Positions 60,567 through 64,000 of a stretch of 64,000 nucleotides of DNA are shown one piece after another. The translations under genes were made by a program, and so were the position numbers. Position 1 is the first letter of the stretch. Each line of letters opens with the position of its first letter. The stretch is from the NCBI GenBank assembly GCA_964419495.1, contig CAYQQX010000006.1, positions 486 through 64,485 on the forward strand. The letters run 5' to 3'. Source of the DNA: an uncultured Anaerolineales bacterium. Lineage in GTDB: Bacteria; Chloroflexota; Anaerolineae; Anaerolineales; UBA11858. The notes under the pieces were generated by a model that did not search any database, was not told the DNA's origin, and was given only the letters and a program-made list of their open reading frames with translations.

Positions 60567-62867
60567 CTACGGCAGCAATACGGTAGGACTAACTTTATCG
60601 AAATAGATCATAGCGTCAAAGGTTTTGAGTAGATCGAGTTCGATGAAATAGTCTTCGGCCAGGGCAGGAGCATACTGGCTGCCGATCAGGCGTGTAGGGA
60701 TCGGCTCGGCCAACCATTCAAAGCCAAGCTCTTGGGTGTTGGATTGATCAAGAAAAAGTATGAAGGCAGGATAACCCGCATAATGGGCAAGCCACTCAAA
60801 GCTTTGGTTTGGTGTTGGTGGAACGCTGATCGCTTCAAGTTGCGGAGGCTCAACGCAGGTATTGAGAGCCACAATCTCACCCGACCCAAAACTGAATCCG
60901 ATCGAAAATGGTTCTTCTCCAATAATGGGTCGAATGAGTCTACCCATGGTAAATTGATAGAAGTAGATTTGGTGTTGCGTGTTTGTGATCCCAAGGGTCG
61001 AATTTCGCCCCCATAAAAGAAATTTGGCGCCATCTCCACGCTGCTGAACGACCCAACGTAGATTTTCCTCGATGAACAGTATTACGGAATTATAGGCCCT
61101 GTAGGCCTCTTCTGCTTGCTGAACGCCCCGCATGGTTTTGAGAGCGAGAGTAAATTCCTGCTGAGAAGATGCTGCTGTGTAGCTTTCCTGGCGGTTGCTG
61201 ATGAAATCATAGGCCTGCTGGATATTGTCCCGGCATTCCCCCCTCGAACTGAGATAGGCGTATGCGTATTCGCCCCAATCATCTTCAAAACTCCGGAAGC
61301 AGGCAAAGAGTTTTTCCATTCGCTCTCTTTGTTCTGGATCGACCCGTTCTAGATAAGCAAGCACTTCATCCATTGACTGGGATGGATTAGGGATCATCAC
61401 CCCAAAAACGCGGATGGTTGGGGAATCTCCGGGGTTCTGATTGTGCGCTCGCAATCCTTCGATCAAGTTGAGGGCTTCCTGACTTCCCCAGCGCGGGTCT
61501 GGGAATTCTGCCAGGACCTGGGCGGGATCGCCCTCCCCAGTGAGGAGATATTCATCTAATTTAAGTCCCAGCAGCCAGTCGATATCGAAGATTAGGGTGT
61601 CAAAGCCCTTTTCTGTCACCAGGGAATTAATGAGTTCTTTCTGAATTTGGAGAGATTCGTTAACTCCAACAAAAGGATTGCCGATATCAACTGAGCGCGC
61701 CTCCCCAATGCTTTCAACCAAGAGTGCAAGAGCTGTGTTCTCTGACGCTGATTTGGCAATATCCAGGGGAATAGCATTCTTTTGCATCCATGAGACGATT
61801 TCTGGGTCGGGAGCAGGTAGAAAGCCACTCTCCTCTGGCTCGAAGGAGATCGATATGGATGATATATCTGGTTCAGTTGGCTGCCAGGCTGGGAAGCCAT
61901 CGAAGTTGTAGTGATCTGTCAATTGAGTTAATTCAGAGCTGTCGGATCGCATGGTGAAAATTTCGTAGTTGCCTTCTCTCATCGAGTAGAAAGCGATCCG
62001 TTCACCGTCGGGTGACCAGGTTGGATAGGTATCTTTATCAACCTGGTATGTTAGGCGGTGAGGGTTTGAGCCGTCGGCGTTCATGACATATATTTCTTCA
62101 TTGCCGTCCCGGTCAGAAACGAAAGCGATTTGTGATCCATCTGGCGACCAGGCTGGGTCAACATCGCTGGCAGGGTGTTGAGTTAGATTGCGCTGCCCCG
62201 AGCCATCCGGGTTCATGATGAAGATCTCATTATTCTCTCCCACATCAGATCGATATAAGATCTTGCTCCCATCGGGTGACCACTTTGGCGAGCTGTTCCA
62301 AATATGATTGCCATTGTGATGATCTTGAGTTAACTGCATACGTCTGGAGCCGTTGGTGCCCATTACCCAGATATGCATAATTCCCGAACGATTGGAAGTA
62401 AAAGCGATCTGGGTTCCGTCTGGAGACCAATCCGGTTCGACGTCCAGAGCGCTCGAGTGCGTCAGGCGGACCAGAGAAGGAACGGGATTCTCAACTTGGT
62501 TTTTGTTCAACGGCATCACCATGATTTCCGAATTGATGCCGTCAAAGCGCTGAACGAAGGCGACCCACTGCCCATCGGGGGACCAGGCTGGCTGATTGAC
62601 CCGCTCTTCTATGTCGGTCAGGCGAGTGATGTTAGAGCCATCAGCGCTCATGGTATAAAGCTCTGATTCGCCATCGCGATAGGATGAGAAAAGGATTAGA
62701 TCGCTTGGGGCATTGGTGGATGCAGACACTGTGGTTGGAATCGATGTTGGTTGGGCAGTGATGTCTGGGGTGGTGGTTGCTGTACCCTGGGTTTGACATG
62801 CCCCCAGTGAAAGGGCCAATAATGATAGCCAAAAGATGAATACCAATCCCTTAGGTTTTTTAGACAT
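60567..62867 (-). CDS. lipoprotein: TolB-like beta-propeller fused to an erythromycin-esterase/ChaN-like C-terminal domain
   Basis: LSLGAC lipobox and a Thr-rich linker. About 6 PD40 repeats (SPDGxxIAF...). The C-terminal half (...KGFDTLIFDIDW...) resembles the EreA family, but the usual GExxHG reads GNPFVG. The ATG at 62867 is preferred. Confidence 0.7.
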   Translation of the reverse strand: MSKKPKGLVFIFWLSLLALSLGACQTQGTATTTPDITAQPTSIPTTVSASTNAPSDLILFSSYRDGESELYTMSADGSNITRLTDIEERVNQPAWSPDGQWVAFVQRFDGINSEIMVMPLNKNQVENPVPSLVRLTHSSALDVEPDWSPDGTQIAFTSNRSGIMHIWVMGTNGSRRMQLTQDHHNGNHIWNSSPKWSPDGSKILYRSDVGENNEIFIMNPDGSGQRNLTQHPASDVDPAWSPDGSQIAFVSDRDGNEEIYVMNADGSNPHRLTYQVDKDTYPTWSPDGERIAFYSMREGNYEIFTMRSDSSELTQLTDHYNFDGFPAWQPTEPDISSISISFEPEESGFLPAPDPEIVSWMQKNAIPLDIAKSASENTALALLVESIGEARSVDIGNPFVGVNESLQIQKELINSLVTEKGFDTLIFDIDWLLGLKLDEYLLTGEGDPAQVLAEFPDPRWGSQEALNLIEGLRAHNQNPGDSPTIRVFGVMIPNPSQSMDEVLAYLERVDPEQRERMEKLFACFRSFEDDWGEYAYAYLSSRGECRDNIQQAYDFISNRQESYTAASSQQEFTLALKTMRGVQQAEEAYRAYNSVILFIEENLRWVVQQRGDGAKFLLWGRNSTLGITNTQHQIYFYQFTMGRLIRPIIGEEPFSIGFSFGSGEIVALNTCVEPPQLEAISVPPTPNQSFEWLAHYAGYPAFILFLDQSNTQELGFEWLAEPIPTRLIGSQYAPALAEDYFIELDLLKTFDAMIYFDKVSPTVLLP

Positions 62868-63072
62868 GATGTTACCCTTTGAACTTCCTTGGTGTTCAGA
62901 TAATGCAGATTTTGCGCTGCCTAGAAGTATATTGCATATTGCAATCACTAAACCAGGATTATATAGGTTTTCCCAGGATAATCGCCTATAGAGTTGGCAG
63001 AGAATAACTTCACAAATAAGTTGTCATTCCGAGTGATGTAGATGCCAAGTACCTAAATGCGATTACCCTGTA

Positions 63073-63106
63073 GGTATTCCTGTCCGGTATTCAACTCCGG
63101 TATTCA
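63073..63106. repeat. three phased GGTATTC repeats (13-nt spacing) in a promoter region
   Basis: ggtattcctgtcc ggtattcaactcc ggtattcagc, about 70 nt upstream of the ATG at 63173. Confidence 0.6.
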
Positions 63107-63172
63107 GCATTCCAGGTTGATATGGTATATTCACAACGATAGACAATAGTACTTAAGGAGGATCAACGGGTT

Positions 63173-63637
63173 ATGAGTGGAATTCAAGCAAGGATCGAAA
63201 AAGCCGCCCAAAGCATTCTAGAAAATGAAAAGTTAACTGCAGATTTGGACGATAATGCTGCACAAGTTCTCTTGGATTGGGGAATTGCCAGTGCCAAACA
63301 GATCGTTCAGGGCACCCTGGGGTTGGACGATATGGAAGCGGAAGTCACTATGTATCAGCCTATGCGTGCCAACCGCAGACTGATGCGTGGAGTCAACAAA
63401 TTAGTATCTCGATATGACATGCTCGGGGAAGAAGGGCAAGTCGAAGCGCTGGAAAAAATCATCTCGCAGGCCGGGGTGATCTACGGCTCCGAGTATGTAC
63501 CTCCGTCATCCGACCATCAAAGTGACTTCTTGTCTGAAACAAAAGAAATAATCACAGATATTCCGCAATGGATTGCGAAATTACGCAGTTTTGTTGAAGG
63601 CCAAAAACCTTCAGCTCCCAGTTCATTATTCTCATAA
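63173..63637 (+). CDS. hypothetical protein (154 aa, helical, cytoplasmic)
   Basis: Good SD (AAGGAGG) 8 nt upstream. No recognisable motif. Confidence 0.6.
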   Translation: MSGIQARIEKAAQSILENEKLTADLDDNAAQVLLDWGIASAKQIVQGTLGLDDMEAEVTMYQPMRANRRLMRGVNKLVSRYDMLGEEGQVEALEKIISQAGVIYGSEYVPPSSDHQSDFLSETKEIITDIPQWIAKLRSFVEGQKPSAPSSLFS

Positions 63638-63652
63638 CATAAGGAGATCGTC

Positions 63653-64000
63653 ATGGCCAGGAAGAAGAGCTCAAAAAAATCGAGTGGTGCATTTCGAGTG
63701 TTAATGATTCTGTTAATCGTTGCTGCGGGAGCACTCTACATATTTACTGGTTCTGATCCTTTGGGATTATTTACTGAATTAGAAGAAGTCCCTGTAGCTG
63801 AAGAACAAGTTGAACCGGTAGAAGCAGTCGGCGGTGGTGGGGATTGGTGGCAGGTATATTTCACCGACCCGGCGACGATCAACGATTCTGAAAATCTGGC
63901 TGGGTCTATCCCCGAGAAGCTGATCGCGCTCATTGACAGTGCCCAACAATCGATCCACATCGCTTCATTCGAGTTTAATCTCACCCCAGTGGCCGAGGCG
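63653..64000 (+). CDS. membrane-anchored phospholipase-D-superfamily protein, N-terminal fragment (runs off the right edge)
   Basis: MARKKSSKKSSGAFRVLMILLIVAAGALYIF is the anchor. IPEKLIALIDSAQQSIHIASFEFN is typical of the first PLD-like repeat. The SD AAGGAG is upstream. Confidence 0.6.
   Translation, partial: MARKKSSKKSSGAFRVLMILLIVAAGALYIFTGSDPLGLFTELEEVPVAEEQVEPVEAVGGGGDWWQVYFTDPATINDSENLAGSIPEKLIALIDSAQQSIHIASFEFNLTPVAEA

Noticed and set aside
63023-63033. gtcattccgag as a second MITE copy
   Set aside because: It is only an 11-nt match with no flanking TIR or palindrome, so it could be chance. It is mentioned only as a pointer for a genome-wide search.

Overview
Bacterial chromosomal segment, about 50% GC, with high coding density. 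The taxon cannot be fixed without a search. The gene content (DnaD/DnaI-type helicase loaders, a DnaB intein, Firmicute-like synteny, many Thr/Pro-linker lipoproteins, REP-like palindromes) suggests a Chloroflexota/Anaerolineae-like organism, but only tentatively.

Layout:
- 1-11.5 kb: conserved housekeeping block. It holds heme A synthase, rnhA, a tRNA-Phe/Gly/Cys cluster, yacL-like, cysS, rlmB, tRNA-Thr/Tyr/Thr-tuf, rpmG, tRNA-Trp and secE-nusG-rplKAJL. The order matches B. subtilis yacL...rplL, but rpoBC does not follow rplL.
- 11.6-16.4 kb: an OmpR/HK pair, a peptidoglycan-hydrolase operon and a decayed histidine-kinase relic.
- 16.4-33 kb: lipid and acyl-CoA metabolism. This includes thiolase, GNATs, an R2lox + GMC oxidoreductase pair, an acyl-CoA dehydrogenase, a frameshifted GT-C membrane protein, a TAG-interrupted Zn-ADH and a split acyl-CoA carboxylase.
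- 34-38.8 kb: replication module. It holds dnaB with a LAGLIDADG intein, a DnaD-like gene and an unusual tandem-duplicated DnaC/DnaI-like loader in one polypeptide.
- 39-54 kb: an FTR1 iron permease, an envelope cluster of alkaline-phosphatase-superfamily exoenzymes plus polytopic membrane proteins, a MITE-like insertion and a MacAB-type efflux operon with two paralogous lipoproteins.
- 54-64 kb: a NarL-type two-component system, a translationally coupled pair of CoiA-like nuclease-fold genes, lysC-asd, a TolB-propeller fusion protein and a PLD-like gene fragment.

Most interesting calls:
1. A Thr/Met-rich leader peptide with mutually exclusive antiterminator and terminator upstream of lysC-asd.
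2. The fused double DnaC-like loader next to the intein-containing dnaB.
3. Duplicated 23S L1-stalk mimics in front of rplK and rplA.
4. The envelope cluster containing a sulfatase-fold enzyme whose formylglycine Cys is replaced by Thr.
5. The CoiA-like two-gene module.

No rRNA, CRISPR array or autonomous transposon was seen. All homology statements come from motif recognition by eye, not from searches.
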